Below are positions 1 through 9,014 of a stretch of DNA of 64,000 nucleotides, in pieces; the first letter of the stretch is position 1, and every line of letters begins with the position of its first letter. The notes below the pieces were generated by a model. That model did not search any database, was not told the DNA's origin, and saw only the letters and a list, made by a program, of their open reading frames with translations. Both the position numbers and the translations under genes were made by a program. The stretch lies in the IMG/VR virus record IMGVR_UViG_3300021075_000003, positions 2,212 to 66,211 of that record. One strand, 5' to 3'. This stretch comes from a virus (Duplodnaviria > Caudoviricetes).

Positions 1-67
1 TGGTCGCGTCGATGGCCAAGGCGGCAAAGGCTATCACCGCATAGCCGACATTCAAATCAATACACAC

Positions 68-102
68 AAGGGCCCCGGCTACAACCGGGGCCCTTCTCTT
101 TT
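68..102 (+). terminator. Rho-independent terminator
   Basis: aagggccccgg / ccggggccctt inverted repeat followed by ctctttt. Confidence 0.75.
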
Positions 103-502
103 AGAAAGTAGATCGAATGCTATCAAACAAAGGAATTTGGGCCGATGTTAACAGCGGTAAATTGGCTAAGCCAAAAGCTCTCGCGCTTCTGGAAGAAATG
201 CCTGGCGGCCGTGACACGCAAACCTATCGACGAGTCAAGCGGTACGAACGTGACGAGGCGAAAGTCAAGAAGCCGGCCTCAGTGGCTATTAACGTCGGCT
301 GAGACTAGGCTCTTTTGGAATCAGGATGCGTTCACGTCAGTATCCTATCCGTTTCCGAACGATCTGGGGCTTATCAAAAACGCTCCTCGTCCTGTATTGG
401 TGGCATGGTACTGTTGTTGCATGTCACCAACTAACTTAAGTGAACTACAGCAGCTAGTGCTCATAATAGAGCGGCTGCGTCAAACTTATCCTAAGGAAAC
501 TC

Positions 503-700
503 ATGCTTACAGATGAGCAAATCAGCGACATGATTGCCGACATGCGAGCTTTAACACAACACATGTGTGAAGTAAAGACGAAATGGGAGCCAGTCCTAGA
601 CGCGATTCCAGAGCACGACATGTCAAAAGCATTACCCGCTGACCGGTGCAAGGAATACGAAGAAGCCGTAATCGCACTCGAAAGTGCGATGACGCAGTAG
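503..700 (+). CDS. hypothetical protein
   Basis: 65 aa ORF with AAGGA SD upstream. Confidence 0.6.
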   Translation: MLTDEQISDMIADMRALTQHMCEVKTKWEPVLDAIPEHDMSKALPADRCKEYEEAVIALESAMTQ

Positions 701-787
701 GAGACAACGATTAGGCAAGTGTTGCCAAACTGTCTCCACAACCACAGGGGCTATAAGCTCCGCAACTCGTAGAAAAGGAGTATTAAA

Positions 788-1165
788 GTGAACAGTAATT
801 GTACGGAAGTAAAAACAATGCCAGGACAACATGGCCGAACAGCGCAACGTAAATACACGCACTGCGAGCATTGTTGCCAACCTATGGGTAAGCATGCGCA
901 TTTTGAGTGCGCATTGGCCGCGCCTCCGGTACTGCCTCCGCTGACTGCACGAGAGGAAAAAGAAGGGTTAAAGTACAAGCTCGCCGCGGCCGAGGCAGCT
1001 ACCCTTGCCGAACTTCGCGCTGTTCGCGACGCTAACGGCGGTAAGCCGGTGCTGGGCAGCGATGAGTATGCCGGAGAGCCAGTTAGCGATCGGAGCGATC
1101 AGAGACTAGTACGCTCAGCAGTCTCGGTACGCTACCGACGTAATAACGTGGCCGTTTATGGCTGA
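788..1165 (+). CDS. hypothetical protein, Cys/His-rich N-terminus
   Basis: GGAG SD; HCEHCC...HAHFEC cluster. Confidence 0.55.
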   Translation: MNSNCTEVKTMPGQHGRTAQRKYTHCEHCCQPMGKHAHFECALAAPPVLPPLTAREEKEGLKYKLAAAEAATLAELRAVRDANGGKPVLGSDEYAGEPVSDRSDQRLVRSAVSVRYRRNNVAVYG

Positions 1166-1403
1166 GCGTCGTCCGCTTAAGCGCGGCTGCGTAAAAGGTT
1201 GGCGCATCGTTGCATTCGGCGGTACCTGCAGGTGCTGCAGGATCAACGATGCGCCTATTGTTTGTCCCCTCGGATCTATAGTAGACACGTCACAACATAT
1301 CGAGAATCCGTCTCTAGCAGCAGCACGTAAACTGCTGGCAGAGCAAGGACCTTCCGATATGCTGTGGAACTTTGCAACAGAAGGAAAGAAAGAAAATGAT
1401 TGA
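1158..1403 (+). CDS. hypothetical Cys-rich protein
   Basis: 81 aa ORF coupled to both neighbours. Confidence 0.45.
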   Translation: MAERRPLKRGCVKGWRIVAFGGTCRCCRINDAPIVCPLGSIVDTSQHIENPSLAAARKLLAEQGPSDMLWNFATEGKKEND

Positions 1404-1656
1404 AGCGACGGCAACACGCTGCACAGAATGCAGCAACGACGCGACGCAAACGTTTCTCAACAAGCCTTATTGCGGTTCGTGTTACAACGCGGAACGCTTG
1501 CTGGAGCACTTCAACTGGGACACTTCGCTAATGGAGGAGCTGGCCACCTCGGCACAGCTGTTCGTTGGCAGTCCGCATCTGGAGAAGCCTTTCAGCGAAT
1601 GTCAGTACGATGGAATCGACAGCGACGAGTTCGACTTGTTGGACTGTTTGATCTAA
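1396..1656 (+). CDS. small Zn-finger-like hypothetical protein
   Basis: CTEC...CGSC pairs; start overlaps the upstream stop region. Confidence 0.55.
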   Translation: MIEATATRCTECSNDATQTFLNKPYCGSCYNAERLLEHFNWDTSLMEELATSAQLFVGSPHLEKPFSECQYDGIDSDEFDLLDCLI

Positions 1657-1698
1657 TTTCAAGTTTCAGGTTTTTCACATTTTTTCTAGGAGGGTTTA

Positions 1699-2523
1699 AT
1701 GACCCCACAAGCAATTGCACAGTTGGCCACTCAGTTGGTCGCACAAGACAGCACCGCACGCGAAGACAATGTTATCGCAAAGTATGCGATCGCGGTGCAG
1801 ATTCGCTCCGTACAAGCCACTTCGGTATACGGAGATCAGGCGCTCTGCCTCCTGGCCGCAGGCATGCACTGGAGCCTAAATCGCCTCTACAGCTACATCG
1901 CTGTAGCTAATAAGTGGGACGCCGCAGCGTTGCGCGCTCTCGCTGCTCGTCGCATGACTAATGGCGGCGCTTTAACGTTCAACCATCTGGAGCTTCTAGC
2001 CGGAATCCGTAGCGCTTCGCGGGTTAACTACTTGCTGGGCCAGATTTTCTTACACAATTGGAATTCCAGGCACCTGGCTGACGCGCGTTGGCCCAATCGC
2101 GTAACCGCCAGAGCAGCCCGAGCCGCCACCCTTGCCGCCGCAGCATCAACAGTTACGACTCCAGTCGCGACGGTGGTGCCTGCCCCTGCAAGCCCGGTCC
2201 AAGCCACTACGGCCGCTGCCGTAGCTACACCAACTACCACCACACAAACCACGCCTGCCCTGGTGCAGGCCGTAGGCGATACGTCGAACGAACGTATCAC
2301 TACGCTGGAAGCTACCGTTGAGCTCTTGAAGCTTGACGTGGCTGCGCTGCTTGACTACTGCGATGCGCACAGCCGTATCACTCTGCCAATGCGCGAGCGG
2401 CATGCTTCTCACCGACCGGTGGGAATGTCTGCCCTACAGCTAGCCACAGGCGTTACACAATCGGCGCATCATCCCAGTCAGAATCAACAGCCGGCGACGC
2501 CGCCCGCAGTTGCTCATCAGTGA
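1699..2523 (+). CDS. DUF1016(YhcG)-N-like DNA-binding protein with Ala/Thr/Pro linker
   Basis: GGAGG SD; YGDQAL...LTFNHLELL...NWNSRHL pattern resembles DUF1016_N; similar to the protein at 40068. Confidence 0.5.
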   Translation: MTPQAIAQLATQLVAQDSTAREDNVIAKYAIAVQIRSVQATSVYGDQALCLLAAGMHWSLNRLYSYIAVANKWDAAALRALAARRMTNGGALTFNHLELLAGIRSASRVNYLLGQIFLHNWNSRHLADARWPNRVTARAARAATLAAAASTVTTPVATVVPAPASPVQATTAAAVATPTTTTQTTPALVQAVGDTSNERITTLEATVELLKLDVAALLDYCDAHSRITLPMRERHASHRPVGMSALQLATGVTQSAHHPSQNQQPATPPAVAHQ

Positions 2524-4333
2524 TATTGTACTGTGCAATCTGATCTAACCGTGGCCATACATTTGTCCGGTGCCAGATCGCAGTACAACCTAAATTGACT
2601 GACTGCGCGAAGTCGTCTGAGAAACCCTCTTGGCGGCCGATGCGATAGATTTCGCCGGCCGCCATCGTATTAACCTTGTCTTCTGTAAGCGCTAAAAAAT
2701 CACGTATAAGCCCAGCATCTTCGTTAGAGGTAAAGTCCTTATCGAAGAAGTGCAGCTTTTCGCACTTAATCATTGCGCATGTCAGCAGTAAGGTTCTGCT
2801 TTTGTCGATTCGATAATGTGATCGAGGATGCTGTACCGTCGGGGCAACGTGGTAACACGGCTTCTGGCTTGCAGAGCGAACGTACATGCAAGGCATTACG
2901 GAACGCGCTGGTACGCCAGCCTGCACCAAGAACGTTTCGCGGAGTGAGCCAGCTCCGGTATAGTCATGCGCTATAACGTCCGGCTTGAACTTGTTGTAGT
3001 AGTGCATTACATCCCGCGCTTCACGAAGGTGATCGTGCGGCGTGAGTAATCGCTTACCCCATATTACATCAATACCGCCGTCAAAACGTAAACCAACAAG
3101 CGCTAACGTGGTAAAGCTAATCTGCTTTTCACCGCCGCCTCCCCAGTCTACCCCTAGAACCTTCATCCGGTAATTTGGCAAGCGCCCCACAGTGGCTGCG
3201 TCGGTATTGGGACCTAGAGTAGAAACAGTATCCAATTCGGTCAGTGTTACGAGCTTTGCGGCCGTGTCGTAGGACTCACCTAGAATTTCGTTGTAAAAGA
3301 CGTTAATCGGGGTGTTTCCTCGGCCGGCCTGCTTGGCTAGTAGCTCTGCCCATTTAGCAGGAAACGCATAGTGCAGCGGCATTATAATCTGCGGCACGTG
3401 ATAGCCAGCCTGATCCCATAGGCGCCCTGGGTATCTGTGTACCCAGCGCCCCATGCGCGGTGAAATAATACCGCCACACTTATAGCAAATCGTGGCGGGC
3501 GCTTTTTCACTGATGTCCGTACGGTACGGACCAATCATCTTTTCCAGATGGAATTCCGTACTTGGAATGTTCCAAGTTGGATGCCCATCAGTGGTACAAT
3601 GTAGGCATGGTATAAACCACTCGGCTTGCGACGACTCATGCCATAACCCCTCTAACGTATTGTCAAGGGTTTTCGGTGTGCCGGTGTACTGTTTCAGTGA
3701 CATCTTAGAAGCCGACATTGTTTCGCGAATAATAGGCAGATGCTCGCGATTCATGTCTTGTACTTCATCGATCGCTACTTTATCGGCCGAGATACCACGG
3801 CAGCGGTCGGCGTTCAAAAACGCAAAAGAGAAGATCATCTTAGATCGTGACTTGAAGCTTCTATGCAATACGCTATTAACCGTTTCTGTTCCCACCCATA
3901 ACTGACGAATAGGTGACTCATCAATGAACGGCTGCACAAACATAGTACTGAAACGCCTGACCTGTTCAAACAGCGGCGTAACGTATAGGGTTGTGAAGTT
4001 GGGACGTGATGCAGATAGCACCACACCATGAGCAGCTAGGGACGTAGACTTTGAAACCTGCCGACCGGTCTTATAGACGATCGACGCAGGCATCCGGAAA
4101 CGGAAAAGTTCTTCAAAGGGGAAGTGATCGTCAAGCGTATAGGGCTTAGATTTTAGATTCAGCAGTACGGGTAGGCAATGCGCCAGCGAATCCAGTTTGT
4201 CTGCGTTATATAGCGCCTGCAATCTACGGATACGTTCTTCTGGCAATATATCCTTCGCCGCTGGGTCGAGAAATGATGCTACAAGTTGAGCCGTGTCCGC
4301 TAAGGCACTAGGCTCCTGCCAAGGATCTGACAT
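2453..4333 (-). CDS. terL: terminase large subunit (GpA-like)
   Basis: Walker A-like KTGRQVSKST, Walker B AIDEVQD, TGTP coupling motif, CxxC pairs, nuclease GVDWGGG and C-terminal DD; start placed at the ATG with a GGAG SD on the - strand. Confidence 0.85.
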   Translation of the reverse strand: MSDPWQEPSALADTAQLVASFLDPAAKDILPEERIRRLQALYNADKLDSLAHCLPVLLNLKSKPYTLDDHFPFEELFRFRMPASIVYKTGRQVSKSTSLAAHGVVLSASRPNFTTLYVTPLFEQVRRFSTMFVQPFIDESPIRQLWVGTETVNSVLHRSFKSRSKMIFSFAFLNADRCRGISADKVAIDEVQDMNREHLPIIRETMSASKMSLKQYTGTPKTLDNTLEGLWHESSQAEWFIPCLHCTTDGHPTWNIPSTEFHLEKMIGPYRTDISEKAPATICYKCGGIISPRMGRWVHRYPGRLWDQAGYHVPQIIMPLHYAFPAKWAELLAKQAGRGNTPINVFYNEILGESYDTAAKLVTLTELDTVSTLGPNTDAATVGRLPNYRMKVLGVDWGGGGEKQISFTTLALVGLRFDGGIDVIWGKRLLTPHDHLREARDVMHYYNKFKPDVIAHDYTGAGSLRETFLVQAGVPARSVMPCMYVRSASQKPCYHVAPTVQHPRSHYRIDKSRTLLLTCAMIKCEKLHFFDKDFTSNEDAGLIRDFLALTEDKVNTMAAGEIYRIGRQEGFSDDFAQSVNLGCTAIWHRTNVWPRLDQIAQYNITDEQLRAASPAVDSDWDDAPIV

Positions 4334-4460
4334 GAAAACTGACTCCGAGCGCGAACTCGCTAAATTCGAGTTCTTGGAAAAAACGTGGTATGAACACAGG
4401 CCGTTCTGGATAGCTTTGCTAGGCGTCTGGATCATAATGGAACTTTTGAGCTACCTGTAA
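4332..4460 (+). CDS. 42-aa single-pass membrane protein (below ORF-track cutoff)
   Basis: MKTDSERELAKFEFLEKTWYEHRPFWIALLGVWIIMELLSYL; AAGGA SD at 4321. Confidence 0.45.
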   Translation: MKTDSERELAKFEFLEKTWYEHRPFWIALLGVWIIMELLSYL

Positions 4461-4520
4461 TCAGTGTAGCGCAATTATACTAGTGGAGTCCAGCTCTATG
4501 AAGCTCACCGGAGATAGCTT

Positions 4521-4736
4521 ATGACAATTAATCAGAATGCGCGATTATTTTTAGAGAGGGCCGGTTTACGACCGACTTACCGTCGGCCATGCCCTACCGT
4601 GGTTCCGGGTGATAACCCAATCAACAACTATCCGATCGACAGACCGACTATTCCAGGCCGTGATTTGCCTGATGGTTATCCGCCACCTGATCGGTCCTCT
4701 ACGAAGAATGATCCGTGGCCCTTTGGGTCAAAATGA
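4521..4736 (+). CDS. Pro-rich hypothetical protein
   Basis: GGAG SD; 71 aa ORF. Confidence 0.45.
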   Translation: MTINQNARLFLERAGLRPTYRRPCPTVVPGDNPINNYPIDRPTIPGRDLPDGYPPPDRSSTKNDPWPFGSK

Positions 4737-4737
4737 C

Positions 4738-4923
4738 ATGTTCGGTGAATTCGCTAAAGTTAGCATCCCTATGGTGCTAGCGTGTCTGTTCATGCTTTTA
4801 ATAGTACCAGGACTATATATGCTAATACCGCTCGCTATAGGCGTCGGTGTAGTCTGGTCGCTATTCAATGTCGCTAAAGGCTTTGCCCTTGGCGATTTAC
4901 GCCGTGAGAGCGAAGACTGGTAG
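4738..4923 (+). CDS. small two-TM membrane protein
   Basis: two hydrophobic stretches and a charged C-tail. Confidence 0.5.
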   Translation: MFGEFAKVSIPMVLACLFMLLIVPGLYMLIPLAIGVGVVWSLFNVAKGFALGDLRRESEDW

Positions 4924-5285
4924 TGAGCCTACTAGACTTGATTGCCCTTGCATTTGCTGCGCATGCGCTAGCATATGCTTGGACAAAGAAAGACGGGCTA
5001 TTCTGGGAGTTGCTTGATAGGATATCCGCTTGGGGTAGCTATACCCCAAGCGACCTTGTCGCTGGCGTTCCTAAGAGATGGCCTTATATAAAACACAAGA
5101 TCTCTGAGGGCCTGCAGTGTCGCGTATGTTTGTCATACCATACTGCTTTCTGGCTTGGATTGATCTTCTTCGGCCCTAGTTTCTTTTGTTCGGCGCCTAT
5201 TGCGCTACTCTGGAAACTGCCGATCTACAGCCTTGCTGCAACCCGTATAGCTTTATGGTGCTTTGAAAGCAATGAAAGCTTATAA
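4923..5285 (+). CDS. membrane protein with CxxC-x-H (DUF1360-like)
   Basis: hydrophobic segments; LQCRVCLSYH. Confidence 0.5.
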   Translation: MSLLDLIALAFAAHALAYAWTKKDGLFWELLDRISAWGSYTPSDLVAGVPKRWPYIKHKISEGLQCRVCLSYHTAFWLGLIFFGPSFFCSAPIALLWKLPIYSLAATRIALWCFESNESL

Positions 5286-5664
5286 GATATTCGATGTCGG
5301 GTGGCGCGGAGATGACCCAGTGCCTAAGACACTCTTCCACGGAATACCCGGCAGAGGCACTAGCCGTACGCGCGTATTGCCTGTAGGCCGCTGGCTATGG
5401 GCAGAAGCAAAGCTAGTCAAAGACGGCTCTGGTAAGAGTCAATATATTTCCGGTTTTCACTGCTACACTAGTATGGATGCTGTAAAAGATTGGTTCAAAA
5501 CTGGTAGCGCGTTTAACCGCATAGTCGTACAAGTAGAGATTGGCCCAAACTACAGAAGCAAAAATCGTGCAGTGCGACATACATTACTGGCAGACAAAAT
5601 AAGAATTAGCGAAGACGATTGGGCTAATCGGATTCTCGCAGTAGATTTGATGGGAGAAAAATAA
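5272..5664 (+). CDS. hypothetical phage protein
   Basis: AYKIF...YISGFHCY motif; coupled ORF. Confidence 0.6.
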   Translation: MKAYKIFDVGWRGDDPVPKTLFHGIPGRGTSRTRVLPVGRWLWAEAKLVKDGSGKSQYISGFHCYTSMDAVKDWFKTGSAFNRIVVQVEIGPNYRSKNRAVRHTLLADKIRISEDDWANRILAVDLMGEK

Positions 5665-6041
5665 TCGGGTATCTTCATGTGAAAAATTTGTACGCTGATC
5701 AAAGCATACTGCTCTTCAAAGAGTGCTACGCCAGCGAGAAAATTCATGGCTGCCTTAATAAAGGCACATTAATACGAACTGCAAATGGTGCAAACATACC
5801 TATAGAGCAGATAACGGTTGGTACAGAAATTTTATCTTATGATGAAAAGTTAAAACAATTTGTGCCAGCTACAGTCTCCGCAGTAGTCATACAAGAACGC
5901 GATATCAGGCTAGGTTGGATGCGCATTGTTGTCGAAGACGGCAGCGCTATTGTGTGCACAGAAGATCATCCTTTTTTAACAGCACGCGGCTGGGTAATTG
6001 CCTCACAGTTAACTGCAGAGGATGATATATTGACAGTATAA
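5664..6041 (+). CDS. RNA ligase (Rnl2-like) N-extein plus N-intein
   Basis: motif I EKIHG, then intein block A CLNKGT from 5751 and block B TEDHPF, then stop; start is either ATC 5664 (with SD) or GTG 5679. Confidence 0.85.
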   Translation: MGYLHVKNLYADQSILLFKECYASEKIHGCLNKGTLIRTANGANIPIEQITVGTEILSYDEKLKQFVPATVSAVVIQERDIRLGWMRIVVEDGSAIVCTEDHPFLTARGWVIASQLTAEDDILTV

Positions 6042-6093
6042 GAAAAGTTTGCTAGTTTTAGGTAATACTAAATTTATCTAGGGCATAGCAATT

Positions 6094-6855
6094 ATGAAAA
6101 GTTTATCTGAAGTAGAGCTGCGCAAACTATACGAGGCCAGGGCAAAAATAGTGGATATTGCAGAGCACTTTAATGTTTGTGTACCTACAATTTATAGGAA
6201 TATTAAAGCATTAGGTTTGACACGCAAACCGCTTACAGTACGTCAAGATGTAACTAATAATGTTTATAATAGTCTAGTAGCTTTGAAATTTGTAAAAGTT
6301 GATAACCACGCTAAAGCTATATGGCTATTTCGCTGTAATTGCGGCAAGGAATTTGAATGCGGAATTGCTTCAGTAAAACGCGGTCTAACAAAATCTTGCG
6401 GCTGCTATAAGCGATCAAAATTACGTAAAGGTATTGGAGACCTATCTTGGGCATATTGGCATAAACTTGCAAAGAGCGCTGCTCAGCGTAATTTTGTTTT
6501 TGATATTACCATACAGCAAGGTTGGGAGTTATTTTTACAGCAGCAGCGGCAATGTGCCTTAAGTGGTTTGCCGTTGCTACTATCTCCAAATAATGACAGA
6601 TACCGTATACAAACTGCATCTTTAGACAGAATAGATTCAACATTAGGTTACATTTTAGACAATGTTCAATGGGTACATAAGCGAGTACAGTTCTTAAAAC
6701 GAGATTATTCAGAAGAGGAGTTAATATTTTGGTGTACAAAAATAGCCAACAAACAACATACGCGTTACATAGATATAACGGAACGCGTACCCAAGGAGAT
6801 GCGTTTTGCGCATAATACAGATATACAGATTGCCAGAATTTTACACACGGTATGA
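6094..6855 (+). mobile_element. free-standing HNH-like homing endonuclease between the split-intein halves
   Basis: N-terminal HTH-like segment; WLFRCNCG...KSCGC; SLDRIDSTLGYILDNVQWVH; AT-rich relative to flanks. Confidence 0.8.
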
Positions 6856-7681
6856 TTTAACTATAGCGGAAACACATAATTTTGTAGCTAATGGTTTTGT
6901 CGTACATAACTCGTCGGCGCACATAACTTGGAGTGGCGGCTTTCTTAGTTTCTTCTCTGGCGGCGCTAAGAGCGAGCAGTTCATAGAGCTGTTTAATCAA
7001 GACGAGCTACGTAGCGCATTTGAGAAATTTGGCGAGGGCGATGTAAAAATTTACGGCGAAGTATATGGCGGCAAAATGCAAAAAATGTCTGCCACATATG
7101 GTAAAGAACTTAAATTTGTAGCATTTGAAGTTAAGGTTGGGGAGAGCTGGCTAGTTGTCCCTGCGGCAGAATCAGTGGCGTGGGCCGCTGGTCTTGAGTT
7201 TGTGCATTACAAACAGATACCTGCAACGCTTGAAGCTATTGATGCCGAGCGCGATGCAGAGTCCTGGCAAGCTGTACGCAATAAAATGGGCCCAGGACAT
7301 ATCCGAGAGGGTGTAGTACTTAGGCCGCTAATGGAACTGCGCAAGAACAACGGTGAGCGCATCATAGCCAAGCACAAGCGCGCAGAGTTTGCTGAGCACC
7401 TACATCAGCCCAAGGTGGTAGATCCTGCGCAACTGCAAGTACTGATGGCCGCAGAAGCTATCGCCGATCAGTGGTGTGTACCAATGCGGCTAGAGCATGT
7501 ACTGCAGACGATCGAGGCGACGGGCATGGAGCACACTAGTATGGTCATCAAAGCCATGCTAGCGGATATACAACGTGAGAGTGTAGGCGAGATTGTTTGG
7601 AGCAAAGCTGCCGAACAAGCTATAGGTAAGAGAGCCGCGCAGCTTTGGAAGAAACGAGTTTGTAATATAGCTAATGGATAA
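6806..7681 (+). CDS. C-intein (35 aa) plus RNA ligase C-extein
   Basis: YDLTIAETHNFVANGFVVHN then Ser +1 at 6911; ligase motifs YGEVYG, FVAFEV, REGVVLRP, IAKHK; AGGAG SD. Confidence 0.85.
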   Translation: MRIIQIYRLPEFYTRYDLTIAETHNFVANGFVVHNSSAHITWSGGFLSFFSGGAKSEQFIELFNQDELRSAFEKFGEGDVKIYGEVYGGKMQKMSATYGKELKFVAFEVKVGESWLVVPAAESVAWAAGLEFVHYKQIPATLEAIDAERDAESWQAVRNKMGPGHIREGVVLRPLMELRKNNGERIIAKHKRAEFAEHLHQPKVVDPAQLQVLMAAEAIADQWCVPMRLEHVLQTIEATGMEHTSMVIKAMLADIQRESVGEIVWSKAAEQAIGKRAAQLWKKRVCNIANG

Positions 7682-8084
7682 TGAAGCTAAAATTCATCCT
7701 GAGATGAAAAAGTCTGAGACCTTCTTAGACAAGTTGCGTGTGCGAACCGATGACTTCGCTAAAAGTAGGCTGGAAGAAGTTCCAGAACTAGATGCCATAG
7801 TTGTTACCTTCGTCTACGCCGCCGCACTAGGCGATTCGGTAGAGCCGGCCGCGCTAAGTTACATTTCTAACGACAACCCAGTAACACGAGCGCGGATAGG
7901 TACTGCCTTAAGTAAAACCGTAACAATTGCAACACGGTACGTAGCCAGCGGGTTTTACGACGCAGTGGAAACGCTCAAAGCAATGGATAAGGAATTTAAT
8001 GCCAGACGAATCGCAGTCGAAGCAATCGACAAGCAAGTCGAGACTGCCGGTGGCGGGAATACCAACACTAGCGGAACTGCTTAA
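7674..8084 (+). CDS. hypothetical protein
   Basis: 136 aa coupled ORF. Confidence 0.55.
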   Translation: MDNEAKIHPEMKKSETFLDKLRVRTDDFAKSRLEEVPELDAIVVTFVYAAALGDSVEPAALSYISNDNPVTRARIGTALSKTVTIATRYVASGFYDAVETLKAMDKEFNARRIAVEAIDKQVETAGGGNTNTSGTA

Positions 8085-8634
8085 ACACTGCAATATTCTT
8101 GACTGGGACGCCTTAATAATAGGCGACGGGTCTGGGCAGGGTTGGAAGATGGGCGCCGGCTGGGCCGGTGTGTTAATTGATCGCGCAAGTTATGCACGTA
8201 AGTTATTCTTTGGCGCGATGAACACGGGTACGGTAACGCTAGGAGAGCTTATGCCGTACCTGCATGCATTGTCCTGGTACACAGGTAAAGACGGACCAGG
8301 TACGCATCGACGGAAAGAGAAATTGGCTAACTCTAAGCAGATGCAGATACATATCTGCACCGATAGCCAAATCATCGCTATGTCTGGTAACAATCCAGAA
8401 TCGCGACACACGCATCAGGAGATATGGAAGGTCTTTGATGAGTTTCGTAAGCGCGGGTTCGTGATCACCTTCCATTTTGTGGATCGCGGGCGAATCAACA
8501 TGAATGTGCTGGTAGATGAAGTTTCACGCCAGGCGCGCATAGATTTAGAAAAAACGTACGATAGCGCAATACAAACGCTTAGCGCACGGTATGAGCTTCC
8601 AGAAGACTTGTCAATTTACGACTTCTCTGACTAA
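7999..8634 (+). CDS. rnhA: ribonuclease HI-like protein
   Basis: GDGSG...GWAG, E in GELM, ICTDSQ, NVLVDE; exact start uncertain. Confidence 0.7.
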   Translation: MPDESQSKQSTSKSRLPVAGIPTLAELLKHCNILDWDALIIGDGSGQGWKMGAGWAGVLIDRASYARKLFFGAMNTGTVTLGELMPYLHALSWYTGKDGPGTHRRKEKLANSKQMQIHICTDSQIIAMSGNNPESRHTHQEIWKVFDEFRKRGFVITFHFVDRGRINMNVLVDEVSRQARIDLEKTYDSAIQTLSARYELPEDLSIYDFSD

Positions 8635-8687
8635 GCTATACCGCCATTGTGTAGCGTTATAACAGCAGAGGAGAAGTGTAAGACTAA

Positions 8688-9014
8688 ATGTACAAAGCAT
8701 TTATACAGATGCCGTTGGCTCTGTATCAGGAAAAAATTGCCGTCGTGGAGGCTGAGATTGAGTTGGCAGATGAGTTTAGTCCACAAACAGGGCAATGGAT
8801 ATACCATGAACTATTTGGCGGACTCATGCCGCTCGGCACAATCGTCTACGACGGTGACCGGAATGCGATTGTCTTGACCGCAAGTGGTACTACGTATGAC
8901 TTTACAATGACTCTAGAAGAATGGCTGGAAGCTAGACCGAAATGGCATGTAGCTGATAGGCCGTTTATAGGGGTCGGACAAAAGAAAGAAGAGATACTCG
9001 ATAATGACGAATGA
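8688..9014 (+). CDS. hypothetical protein
   Basis: 108 aa ORF coupled to ligA. Confidence 0.55.
   Translation: MYKAFIQMPLALYQEKIAVVEAEIELADEFSPQTGQWIYHELFGGLMPLGTIVYDGDRNAIVLTASGTTYDFTMTLEEWLEARPKWHVADRPFIGVGQKKEEILDNDE

Noticed and set aside
6042-6805. Group I intron or stop-codon recoding as the explanation for the broken RNA ligase
   Set aside because: No room or signature for a ribozyme core; each half has its own SD and intact intein termini; genes elsewhere end normally on TAA, TAG and TGA
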